Positions 47,472-58,900 of a stretch of 64,000 nt of DNA are shown one piece after another. The notes beneath the pieces are model-generated. The model made no database searches. It saw only the letters and a list, made by a program, of their open reading frames with translations, and had not been told where the DNA came from. Both the position numbers and the translations under genes were made by a program. The first letter of the stretch is position 1. Every line of letters starts with the position of its first letter. Source of the stretch: Macrostomum hystrix (taxonomy: Eukaryota; Animalia; Platyhelminthes). The stretch spans positions 22,568,001-22,632,000 of the forward strand of contig CATNEN010000001.1 of NCBI GenBank assembly GCA_950097015.1, read 5' to 3'.

Positions 47472-49039
47472 AAATCGATGTCACAATTAGCGACTATAAA
47501 GGCGCGGGTGAGGTTCATCGAGTCGGCAGCGCCGTCGGGCTTGCATCCTGCTTGAGGCCGGTGCCGACGTCCAGCTGAAAGACAGGAGAGGGAAACCAGT
47601 CGCTGCAGACGGTGGGGTGTGGGGCAAACATGGATGAATGAATAGAATGGATTGCTATTCTGGCTCTGGCTATTTTCGTTTTTGACTCTTTTGCATCCGG
47701 TTCCCCCCCGTGCCTTTTCATTGGTTGATGATTGCCATAGACAATTTTCGGCCTTCGCCCCTTTCTTTCGATGCACAAGCGCAAAGAACTGAGAATGTCG
47801 GTTACTTGCAGAGTGAAAGATCTGGTGAAAGATCAGAGAGACTTAGAGAGGAAACCGCTCGTGTCTGGGTGAGGTTCTACCAAAAGGCTATATAAATAAA
47901 TAAATGAATAATAAAGTGAATAATTGACTAAATAATCCCATACAATAAAAAGTGTTGGCAGAGTTGCTTTTTACTTACTGATTGTAACTGATATTTTAAA
48001 CTCGATATTTTCAATAATATATAAAATATGAAATATATTTAGAATGAATTCGTAGTCCATTGTTTTTTTATCGTAAACCGGATATAATTAATTTCTATCC
48101 TTCAAAACCATAAAATTTTTGTAGTAAAAAATTCGCAGTATAAAACACATTTATTTCTACTTTAAGTAAACATAAACGTATGAACGTCGAGGAAGTAGGA
48201 TGAAACAAATATTTTTTCTCCACCAATAGAAATCGTCATTGCTACGATAGCTAAATATCGATCGAACATTTTTTGCTCGACCTTCTATTAAACGATTTAT
48301 TCGTTCCGTGTCATTCGTTCTAGAGCCGCTAGAGCCGCTACAACGAATTATCAAGGTAATCTGGTTTGTAAAACCTCATTTATATTATCCCTTTTGTGGA
48401 ACTGTTTTGGTAAGTATATTGTTTGAGTGCTGCTTTACACAACACTTTTAGCCTCCATCGGTGCTTCGGGCTCCGATGGGAATAGGCCCCCCTACCATGT
48501 GGCCAATTTTTTCTTCACAGTTGTACCAAAATGGAAACTATAGTTTAGGCACTAGTGTGTCACTATGCCCAAATCCGGCACTAAAATAGTAACAGCTACA
48601 TTAGATAGTGCAAAAGTTGGCATCTGTAGACCTTGATGAATTAATAAAAACAAAACATGAATGTACTATTTGTTTTGACAAAAAGTGTTCAATACTTTTG
48701 CAGCATCTAATGTTATACTTATTACACTTTGATGTTATAACTTATAACAATAACAAAAAATAACATTGTCTAATCTATCAAAAATTTATATGGCGAAAAT
48801 ATTCTCTATTGATGGAAAGTTATAAGGACATCTAGGATTCTAGGGGCTATTAAAGCTAATGTTTTAAATTTATTGCTAAGTAGTGAAATACAAACTCTAA
48901 ATTAGTTCTATGAAATATTGGTTACAATTTAATACTGTTACAGGTGTAATTAAATGCTGATTAGAATCCCACTGGTGCCTCCAAAGTTGTACTTGTACTA
49001 GGGATATATTATTAATAACTGAAGAACAATGGTGCCAAT

Positions 49040-49190
49040 TTTTTTACTGATGTGGTTCCAATTTTTAGTGTAGATGAGTTTCGCAACCGATTTCGACTTC
49101 CGTGTGGATCTTTTGAATTCCTGCTCAGGGAGTTGTATATGCATGGCCAATTTGTGGTTCAGCAGCACACAACAGAAATATCAAGTAGGT
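49040..49190 (+). pseudogene. PIF/Harbinger transposase N-terminal fragment (mirror copy ~59897-60047)
   Basis: FFTDVVPIFSVDEFRNRFRLPCGSFEFLLREL matches the F-x3-FR-x5-F-x2-L pattern of Harbinger transposases. Confidence 0.5.
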
Positions 49191-50094
49191 CTACATTTAT
49201 TTCTCTTTTTTAATTCTATTATGAGTGTGAAACCATGAGTTAGACAGTTTATTTTGTGGGTCTGAAGCAGAATTAGGTTGGCCCCTGATGGCCTAAGGCT
49301 TGTCTTTGCTTTATTAGAGTAAGTAATATTGACCTAGACTAGGCCTAGACTTAGTGGTTAGTACTATAACTAGCTTGGTGGATTACTCATTCAAATCTCT
49401 GCGAACATCGCGAAGGAACCGGCACCCAACAAGGAGGCGGACTCCTCGCGCCGTCCGATAAACCCGGAAGCTGAACCTCTCACAGTCATCCGGAAACTCC
49501 GACGACTGCTGGGGGGCCCGTTGCGGGAGGCGCCAGCCAAACCACAAAGCCAAAGCGCACTTACGCTGCTATGGCAAAGAGCCAGCCGGCCTTGGTTATC
49601 CGAGGCTAGGAGACGCCCCTCTCAACAGCGCAACTCGACCAGATCTGACGCAGATTGGACTCCCATCTGGTCAAACTGGCACTGAGCGGCACTGTGCTGC
49701 ACGTCCTGAAGACCGACATCCAGGACCAAGCCCTCATTGTCCAGCCTGCCAACAACTAGTCCGGACAGCAACTCCTCGAGATGCTGAAATCCTTCGACTG
49801 GGGCACGGAAATGGGCAACCTGTTTATCTACAGGGAGGACGAGCGCCCCCAGACACACCGTCATTGTGTTTGGATCCGAGCTCGCAGTGCTATCACCAAC
49901 GCCGGAGAACTGCGCCGCCTGCTGTTGGCAATCCACCCGGATCTGCCAGCAAACGGTGTCGTGGTTCATGAAACCATCACCAGACCTGGTGGAGACTCCA
50001 GTCTCCGTCCAGTCTAGGAGAGACAAACAAGAGCTTGTTGGCCATGTTTAGAGAAGAAGCTGAGTGAGAGGCCCAGCAGTGTCCCCTCAGCCAG

Positions 50095-50205
50095 TGGGCA
50101 GTCGGCAGTGGAGGGCAGTGGAGGGCAGCCGGCAGTGGAGGGCAGTCGGCAGTGGAGGGCAGGGAGGGCAGTCGGCAGTGGAGGGCAGTGGAAGGCAGTC
50201 GGCAA
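50095..50205 (+). repeat. GGCAGTGGAG / GGCAGTC minisatellite (mirror 58882-58992)
   Basis: Tandem 10- and 17-bp units. Confidence 0.85.
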
Positions 50206-50222
50206 GTCAAGGCGATGTGGAA

Positions 50223-52026
50223 ATGGAGACAGAAGTAGATTTTAGTAGGGTAGAATTCGATGAATTTGAGCAGGAAAGTCGAAGCGATGACGACACGGAC
50301 AGCGAAAATGATGAAGACAATCGGCCATTGGAGGTAGAGCTACAGGCACTCCTTGTTTTGTTCTTTTCAACATATAACATTTCCCGTGACGCCATGGCTT
50401 TCCTATTATCGGGTTTACGCGATATTGGTTTGCCTGTCACAAAATCGTACAAAACGTTTGAACGCCTCGTCAGAGAAGACTGTCCTACTGGTGACTTGGT
50501 GGCCATGGGAGACGGGCACTTTCGTTATATTTCTATTCTGGAGAATCTGCAGAAACTACTTTCCGCGAATTTGTTGACACTGAGACCAGAAAATTTGCTG
50601 CATGAAAGTCAAACAAAGTGTTACAAATTCGACGCAATTCTAAACAGTGACGGACTTCCTCTCTATCGATCCAGTACGATTAGTCTATGGCCAATCCTAA
50701 TGAAAATTAAATCCGCATTCGCTAAGCCTTTTCCAGTGGCTGTTTGGGCCGGCACTGGAAAGCCACCAGTACAGGAGTACCTGCAACAGTTTTGCCAAGA
50801 GGCAAAAAACTTTCTGTCTGGTCCAGTCAAAATCAGTGAGAAAATCAGAATCATGTTCTCCACTATTTATTTTGTCTTCGACACCCCTGCCCGCAGTTTT
50901 TTAATGTGCACTCTGGGTCACACAAGCTACTTAGGATGCAGTTACTGTCGAGATGTGGGCTTGCGTGCTGAAGGCAGTGTCATTTTCCGTAACTGCTGGC
51001 CAGAATAGATGTGGGGAAGCGTACCGATCCCTAGTAGAGAACAACCAGAAAAAAGACGCCACAGGAGCGGTCATCAAGTCACCACTGTTGGACCTGCCCA
51101 ACATTGACTTCGTCAACTGTTTTCCTCTGGATTTTTAACATGCCGTTTGTCTGGGAGCAGTGAGGAAGTTAATGCACTTTTATTTTGGAGGAGGCTGCCG
51201 CTTTAGTCGCAGGAATGTGAAGTCCTTGTCGGACATCATTGCCGGTATTGCCAGCTGGACTCCGTCTAATTTCCAGAGAAGACCTCGCCGCATAGATAAG
51301 TGTCTTAACCATTTTAAGGCGACAGAGTTCAAACAAATTATTCTTTACCTGGGACCAATAATTTTTAAGGGATATGTTAAGGAACAGTTTTACAAAAATT
51401 TTCTTCTACTGCACTTCGCCGTATACTGCTATTCCACGGAAAGGTATGCTAATCTATGGGATTCAGCGAAAAGCTGCATCGAGGTATTTGTCGAACAGAT
51501 GTCAAAGTTATTTAGCCAAAAATCAATTAGCTACAATATTCATGCACTTCTTCACCTCGACCAGTTTGTTAGAAGGCTAGGTAACTTAAAAAATTTTAGT
51601 ACATTTCCATTCGAAAGCTATCTGGGAGCAATCAAGAGAAGGGTCAAAGTGACCAGGCATGTCGCCGCTCATTCAGTTTGTCAAGTACTAAAAGTACGAA
51701 ATATGTACCTCAGCCAGCCAGCAGAAACAACTATAGAATTCAGCACGAAGAAGGGTGACAATTGCTGCTTCGTTGGGACGACATGCATTCATATTGATGA
51801 AGTTAAACCGGACGGCATAAGTGGCAGAGTGCTCCAGGAATTCGACAATGTCTACAACTATCCTTTCGACTCCCTGGCACTTGGGATTGGAGTTTACCGC
51901 CTAACATCCGAAATCGCAACTGGCCGCCCAGGGCAAAAATGTTGGCTGCTTCCGAAAGCTCTTAATAGACCGGCCCAAAATGACGACTTTTTTTACGTCA
52001 TTCCGCTAACGGGACAGGAAAGTTAG
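50223..52026 (+). pseudogene. CACTA/EnSpm (CMC superfamily) transposase, disrupted
   Basis: DGLPLYRSSTISLWPI, FDTPARSF, GHTSYLGCSYC, PLDF*HAVCLG, FKATEF, YNIHALLHL and FSTFPFESYLG motifs. Frameshift near 50990-51010 and in-frame TAA at 51136-38. Confidence 0.85.
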
Positions 52027-52467
52027 CCTTGTTTATCCCCTTCTACGAGTGCAACATGTTCATAAATTTTTTATCTACTCTACACAACTCTATACTTGGA
52101 TTTGGGTTTAGCAAACAGGAAACTTTGCAAATAGTTCAGGACAGGTTTGCGCCCTTATCTACGTGAGGAGAGATAAGGAGCAAATAGTGTGGGAACTTGA
52201 GCCCTAGGCTGAATCCACCCACCTATGTTGACAAAACGGCCGCCGATTTTTTGCTTCCCAAATTCGCTTGCAACTCAGACGAGCGGACCAGGGACCACAA
52301 CAGACGGAGATAAGCTGAAGGGCGTTTGGTCTGGCGTGCAATAAGAAATAGGTTACTTTGTTTACCCTTAACTTTGACTTGACTAGCCTCTGGGGTGGGG
52401 CAAGGTAGCAACTTAAAACCCTAAAACACTATTCTATGGAAATTCGAAGCAGATAAGACAAGTGTCC

Positions 52468-52538
52468 CCTGACTAGCTGAGTTGGCAAATAACAGTTACA
52501 TGGCCTGTAACTGTTATTTGCCAACTCAGCTAGTCAGG
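52468..52538. repeat. Perfect hairpin: 33-bp arms, 5-nt loop (mirror 56549-56619)
   Basis: CCTGACTAGCTGAGTTGGCAAATAACAGTTACA-TGGCC-reverse complement. Confidence 0.95.
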
Positions 52539-53041
52539 ATCTTTGCTATTTGTTACAGACATATCCCGTTTGTAAAAAATTATCCCGTTCACAGAATTGG
52601 GTGTATGTATACTCCATTTCTTTTGGCATCATCGCATCTTCAAATTGTACAAAAAGCACAAAAAAATTACAAATCGTTTGTCTTGGCTAAGCTGTATATA
52701 TGAGACATACAATTTATCCTGTTCATACAATTGTGTTATGATAAACTCCCGCATCATTACATCTGAAAAATAGACAGAAAAAACAATAAATTACTTTCCA
52801 CATGCCCGCACACCTAGCACCTAGCACCGTAGCAAGTACCTGCACTGTTCTTTTCGACATTCTTTTTAAACCAATATTTTACATGCGATAGTGGCTTCGA
52901 CTTGGTTCTTCAGCAGCAAGCATAATTAAATAAACAAGTGATATCACTTGGCCATAATAAGCAAAGGAAATTATAAAAAACTAGTCTCGGGTAATCAACA
53001 CCACTTCATAATTCCGAAATGTTCTCAAGAGCATAGGCTAT

Positions 53042-53560
53042 ATGCTTGCTGCTGCGGCAACTGCGTACGAAGATAAACCCTCACTCCACCTGCAGAGAGT
53101 GGCTAGATTGTCTAGCTATGGTAGATGGTGTCTAGATTTATTATTCACGGGAGACAATGTAGGCTCCTGGAGATCTGGTGATAGAGATAGAGATAATCGC
53201 AAACCCATTTCTTCTTACCAGCCCGTCGATGACCTGAGCGTTTTAGACGCCTTGGACTTCACCGTGATGCGCCGTGAATTCGTTGACCTCCAATCTTACG
53301 ACAGCGCTGCCCTCTTCGATCTCTATAAGCCGGTTGCCGACGAAGATGCCACGGTGGCCATGAGCGCATCGTAGTGCTTCGCAGGCAAAAATGAGCAGCA
53401 GAAGCAGGGAAGTCGGTCCTCTGGCGATACCATCAGGTCCATCGGACAGCAACAGCATCAGCAGCAGCTGCCTCTGATTGATAGCTTCCTTTGCTTGGTT
53501 CCTTCGCATCTCCCAACGCATGTGCAGCCGCCGGCGCCAGGCGTCAGAAAAAAGAATAAG
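53042..53560 (+). pseudogene. Upstream exon of ETS copy B; its start is supplied by the inverted-repeat arm, with a premature TAG at 53372-74
   Basis: Homology to 45021-45446 begins at about 53092, where the arm ends. TAG occurs where copy A has GAG. Confidence 0.55.
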
Positions 53561-53774
53561 TAAGCAGCGATGCGGTTAGTGTTTTTGAGCTGCAGAAACT
53601 TGGGATTTGGGAATCTTTAGTGTATTGGGGATTACGGGATATAAGTTAGCCCAGGTTCAGGGCGGTTTACAGATTTGTGGAAATGGCAAGTGATTCTGGG
53701 GCTTGGGATTTAAAGTGTTAGCTATCTCATTAAACATTTTTGCATTGTTAAAACAATTGGCTATCAAAACTAAA

Positions 53775-54113
53775 CATTGCCCAATGACAGACAAGAAGTT
53801 GCTGCTGTGGGAGTTTATCTACCAGTTACTGGAAGCTCCGCCGTCTGACCTGTCGCTGCCCTGCTTGCGCTGGGAAAACAAGCAGGGGGGCACTTGGGAA
53901 ATTCTAAATCCAACCGGACTAGCAGAGGCCTGGGCAACTTACAAGGGGCTGGACAAAATGACCTACACGATGCACCGAGCGCTGAGGTATTACTACAAGG
54001 AAAAGCTAATTACCAAGATCCACCCAAGATCCAAGAACCACTTCTACAAATTTCACTATAACCACGAGAAGTTAAAATGTTACAATGTCTCACAAATCCC
54101 AACAATACCCTAG
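53775..54113 (+). CDS. ETS-domain transcription factor exon (copy B; Met at 53784)
   Basis: LLWEFIYQLLE...CLRWENKQGGTWEILNPTGLAEAWATYK...MHRALRYYYKEKLITK...HFYKF. Confidence 0.88.
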   Translation, partial: HCPMTDKKLLLWEFIYQLLEAPPSDLSLPCLRWENKQGGTWEILNPTGLAEAWATYKGLDKMTYTMHRALRYYYKEKLITKIHPRSKNHFYKFHYNHEKLKCYNVSQIPTIP

Positions 54114-54139
54114 AAATCACATGATCCAGACAATGACTC

Positions 54140-54867
54140 TGAAATATTTTATTTTCGCCTCCGTTCTATTGATGTCTAGCTTAAAGAATGTTCTTGTTAT
54201 CTTCAATTATTATCTCTTGCAGATAAGCCAGTCACTAGCGGTAGTTTCTAACTAAGAAATAAGGAGGCGTGGGAAATCGACTATCTTTTCCTGATATTGC
54301 ACTCACTTTGATGTTATATTCTCAATCGAATTATATTTAGGTGGTCTTAAAGCAAACAAATCACAAAGATGAAAACTCACTATAAGTTACTTAAACTGTA
54401 AAAGTCACTAAGTGTTCCCAAACTCAAATGTTTAATTAGTTACTCACGGATCCTTTGTCGGTAACCAAGGTAAAGAGAGAGGTATCAATCAAGATCTGGG
54501 AGGAGTTTTCTGGAATCACAATTCCAATTCCAATGATGTTCTTATTCTTTGTCTTAATGACTATCTGAGTTTTGTTAGAACCAGCCAGGGGCAGCAATGG
54601 CTAGCAACAAAGAGTTTATCGAACCTAGTTAAGAGAGTGAGTAGCAGTGCAAGAGAATAAGGAACGGGGCGGACGGGACACCCTCTCTCAGTGTAAGAGC
54701 TTTTATACTAGTCTGACTAATTAAGGCTGCCATACGACAGGAGTCTCTAGGCGAATCCTAGAGCTCCCACAAACGCATCCTCGCGCAGCAGGAAAAGCTA
54801 TATATTCTCTAGTCTTTGTACGCGCGCGCAGATGTAAAAATCGCCTAGACTAAATTGTAAAACTTCA
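54140..54867. mobile_element. Solo LTR-like insertion (728 bp)
   Basis: TGAA...TTCA termini with TSD ACTC (54136-39, 54868-71). The paralogous empty site with a single ACTC is at 44521-44548 (-). Confidence 0.85.
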
Positions 54868-55995
54868 ACTCAGAATTACAGTACAATGACACATGAAACA
54901 TGACATGACATGACATGAAATGACATGAAACATGACACATGACTCAGTTGTCATGTCATAAATCGGATTGTCCGATTCTCAGTTGCGTTACGTCACTCAC
55001 GAAAAGTTGCGTAAACTATTTTTTCTTACGGATATGTTTTGTTCTGTTTCCTCGTGTTTTCTCATATTGCCCATGTATGACTTATCATCTGTAATTAAAC
55101 CTTGATTTTGAAGACATGTAATTAAGACAGACTGTTTCCTATGAAAGTATGAGATAACTACAAGTACTTATAAATGCTATATAAATGCTACTTATAAATA
55201 CTATAAATAAACTAATTGTTGCTGCACATTATTTCATAAACTAAAACAAACAAAACAAAAAGATTATTCAACCTTGTTGCGAGCGCAGTCGTGGAACTCC
55301 ATTGACATGACATGAGTCCGTGAAGGTCGCTGATCGTTATCTAACCTGCTAAACTCGTCCAGATACAGCTCGCCGGGATGCTGCGCCAACTGCTACTCGA
55401 CGCTGACTAGCTGATTGAATTAGAATAGACACTAATATCAATGTCATCCGCAGCTTCCGTTTCTTGACACGCCTGACCGTGTACCAGGCGTCAAGTGTTC
55501 ATGGAGAGCGTCTGGAAAAAATATGGAATGTTTCAGACCCAATTTACATATTTATCTTTGTCTATAACGATTGACTGTAATCAGATGGGAAGCATGCGAA
55601 TCTTTTAAGTGAGCTAGCTTAAGGGTCGGAGTGTTAATGTTAGTAGCAGCTTAGTATAAATGTTAGTAGAAATGAAAAAATGTACTTTTGCTACGAATTG
55701 TAGCAAAGCTGGCAAGCAAAGCAAGTGAGCAAGTGCAGGAACACGAAGCAAGGAGTGCTCGATAAATATGTTGGTTTTCATGCTAAGCTAAAGCTAAGAA
55801 GCTAAACATTTAGGCTGTGCATCAAGCTAATAAATAAATATGAGTGAAATAAAGGAAGACAACATGCAAAGATGTATTCCAAAATCTTCAAATTCAAATT
55901 CGGGATTCGCGAAGCAACAAAATCAAATGCGCGATCTGAAATGACGAAGTGGGAGATTTCGAGCTGTGTTAGCAGCTCGTTATTGGACAGCATGA

Positions 55996-58900
55996 AGGTG
56001 GAGTGAGGGTTTATCTTCGTACGCAGTTGCCGCAGCAGCAAGCATATAGCCTATGCTCTTGAGAACATTTCGGAATTATGAAGTGGTGTTGATTACCCGA
56101 GACTAGTTTTTTATAATTTCCTTTGCTTATTATGGCCAAGTGATATCACTTGTTTATTTAATTATGCTTGCTGCTGAAGAACCAAGTCGAAGCCACTATC
56201 GCATGTAAAATATTGGTTTAAAAAGAATGTCGAAAAGAACAGTGCAGGTACTTGCTACGGTGCTAGGTGCTAGGTGTGCGGGCATGTGGAAAGTAATTTA
56301 TTGTTTTTTCTGTCTATTTTTCAGATGTAATGATGCGGGAGTTTATCATAACACAATTGTATGAACAGGATAAATTGTATGTCTCATATATACAGCTTAG
56401 CCAAGACAAACGATTTGTAATTTTTTTGTGCTTTTTGTACAATTTGAAGACGCGATGATGCCAAAAGAAATGGAGTATACATACACCCAATTCTGTGAAC
56501 GGGATAATTTTTTACAAACGGGATATGTCTGTAACAAATAGCAAAGATCCTGACTAGCTGAGTTGGCAAATAACAGTTACAGGCCATGTAACTGTTATTT
56601 GCCAACTCAGCTAGTCAGGGGACACTTGTCTTATCTGCTTCGAATTTCCATAGAATAGTGTTTTAGGGTTTTAAGTTGCTACCTTGCCCCACCCCAGAGG
56701 CTAGTCAAGTCAAAGTTAAGGGTAAACAAAGTAACCTATTTCTTATTGCACGCCAGACCAAACGCCCTTCAGCTTATCTCCGTCTGTTGTGGTCCCTGGT
56801 CCGCTCGTCTGAGTTGCAAGCGAATTTGGGAAGCAAAAAATCGGCGGCCGTTTTGTCAACATAGGTGGGTGGATTCAGCCTAGGGCTCAAGTTCCCACAC
56901 TATTTGCTCCTTATCTCTCCTCACGTAGATAAGGGCGCAAACCTGTCCTGAACTATTTGCAAAGTTTCCTGTTTGCTAAACCCAAATCCAAGTATAGAGT
57001 TGTGTAGAGTAGATAAAAAATTTATGAACATGTTGCACTCGTAGAAGGGGATAAACAAGGCTAACTTTCCTGTCCCGTTAGCGGAATGACGTAAAAAAAG
57101 TCGTCATTTTGGGCCGGTCTATTAAGAGCTTTCGGAAGCAGCCAACATTTTTGCCCTGGGCGGCCAGTTGCGATTTCGGATGTTAGGCGGTAAACTCCAA
57201 TCCCAAGTGCCAGGGAGTCGAAAGGATAGTTGTAGACATTGTCGAATTCCTGGAGCACTCTGCCACTTATGCCGTCCGGTTTAACTTCATCAATATGAAT
57301 GCATGTCGTCCCAACGAAGCAGCAATTGTCACCCTTCTTCGTGCTGAATTCTATAGTTGTTTCTGCTGGCTGGCTGAGGTACATATTTCGTACTTTTAGT
57401 ACTTGACAAACTGAATGAGCGGCGACATGCCTGGTCACTTTGACCCTTCTCTTGATTGCTCCCAGATAGCTTTCGAATGGAAATGTACTAAAATTTTTTA
57501 AGTTACCTAGCCTTCTAACAAACTGGTCGAGGTGAAGAAGTGCATGAATATTGTAGCTAATTGATTTTTGGCTAAATAACTTTGACATCTGTTCGACAAA
57601 TACCTCGATGCAGCTTTTCGCTGAATCCCATAGATTAGCATACCTTTCCGTGGAATAGCAGTATACGGCGAAGTGCAGTAGAAGAAAATTTTTGTAAAAC
57701 TGTTCCTTAACATATCCCTTAAAAATTATTGGTCCCAGGTAAAGAATAATTTGTTTGAACTCTGTCGCCTTAAAATGGTTAAGACACTTATCTATGCGGC
57801 GAGGTCTTCTCTGGAAATTAGACGGAGTCCAGCTGGCAATACCGGCAATGATGTCCGACAAGGACTTCACATTCCTGCGACTAAAGCGGCAGCCTCCTCC
57901 AAAATAAAAGTGCATTAACTTCCTCACTGCTCCCAGACAAACGGCATGTTAAAAATCCAGAGGAAAACAGTTGACGAAGTCAATGTTGGGCAGGTCCAAC
58001 AGTGGTGACTTGATGACCGCTCCTGTGGCGTCTTTTTTCTGGTTGTTCTCTACTAGGGATCGGTACGCTTCCCCACATCTATTCTGGCCAGCAGTTACGG
58101 AAAATGACACTGCCTTCAGCACGCAAGCCCACATCTCGACAGTAACTGCATCCTAAGTAGCTTGTGTGACCCAGAGTGCACATTAAAAAACTGCGGGCAG
58201 GGGTGTCGAAGACAAAATAAATAGTGGAGAACATGATTCTGATTTTCTCACTGATTTTGACTGGACCAGACAGAAAGTTTTTTGCCTCTTGGCAAAACTG
58301 TTGCAGGTACTCCTGTACTGGTGGCTTTCCAGTGCCGGCCCAAACAGCCACTGGAAAAGGCTTAGCGAATGCGGATTTAATTTTCATTAGGATTGGCCAT
58401 AGACTAATCGTACTGGATCGATAGAGAGGAAGTCCGTCACTGTTTAGAATTGCGTCGAATTTGTAACACTTTGTTTGACTTTCATGCAGCAAATTTTCTG
58501 GTCTCAGTGTCAACAAATTCGCGGAAAGTAGTTTCTGCAGATTCTCCAGAATAGAAATATAACGAAAGTGCCCGTCTCCCATGGCCACCAAGTCACCAGT
58601 AGGACAGTCTTCTCTGACGAGGCGTTCAAACGTTTTGTACGATTTTGTGACAGGCAAACCAATATCGCGTAAACCCGATAATAGGAAAGCCATGGCGTCA
58701 CGGGAAATGTTATATGTTGAAAAGAACAAAACAAGGAGTGCCTGTAGCTCTACCTCCAATGGCCGATTGTCTTCATCATTTTCGCTGTCCGTGTCGTCAT
58801 CGCTTCGACTTTCCTGCTCAAATTCATCGAATTCTACCCTACTAAAATCTACTTCTGTCTCCATTTCCACATCGCCTTGACTTGCCGACTGCCTTCCACT

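Larger units (their letters stand above)
47354..53091 (+). repeat. Left arm of large inverted duplication (5738 bp)
   Basis: Reverse complement of 55996-61731; mirrored ORFs have coordinate sums of 109085/109087. Confidence 0.97.

Noticed and set aside
48550-48570. CACTA-like motifs as the transposon terminus
   Set aside because: No matching inverted terminus with a TSD was found on the other side of the transposase within an arm.
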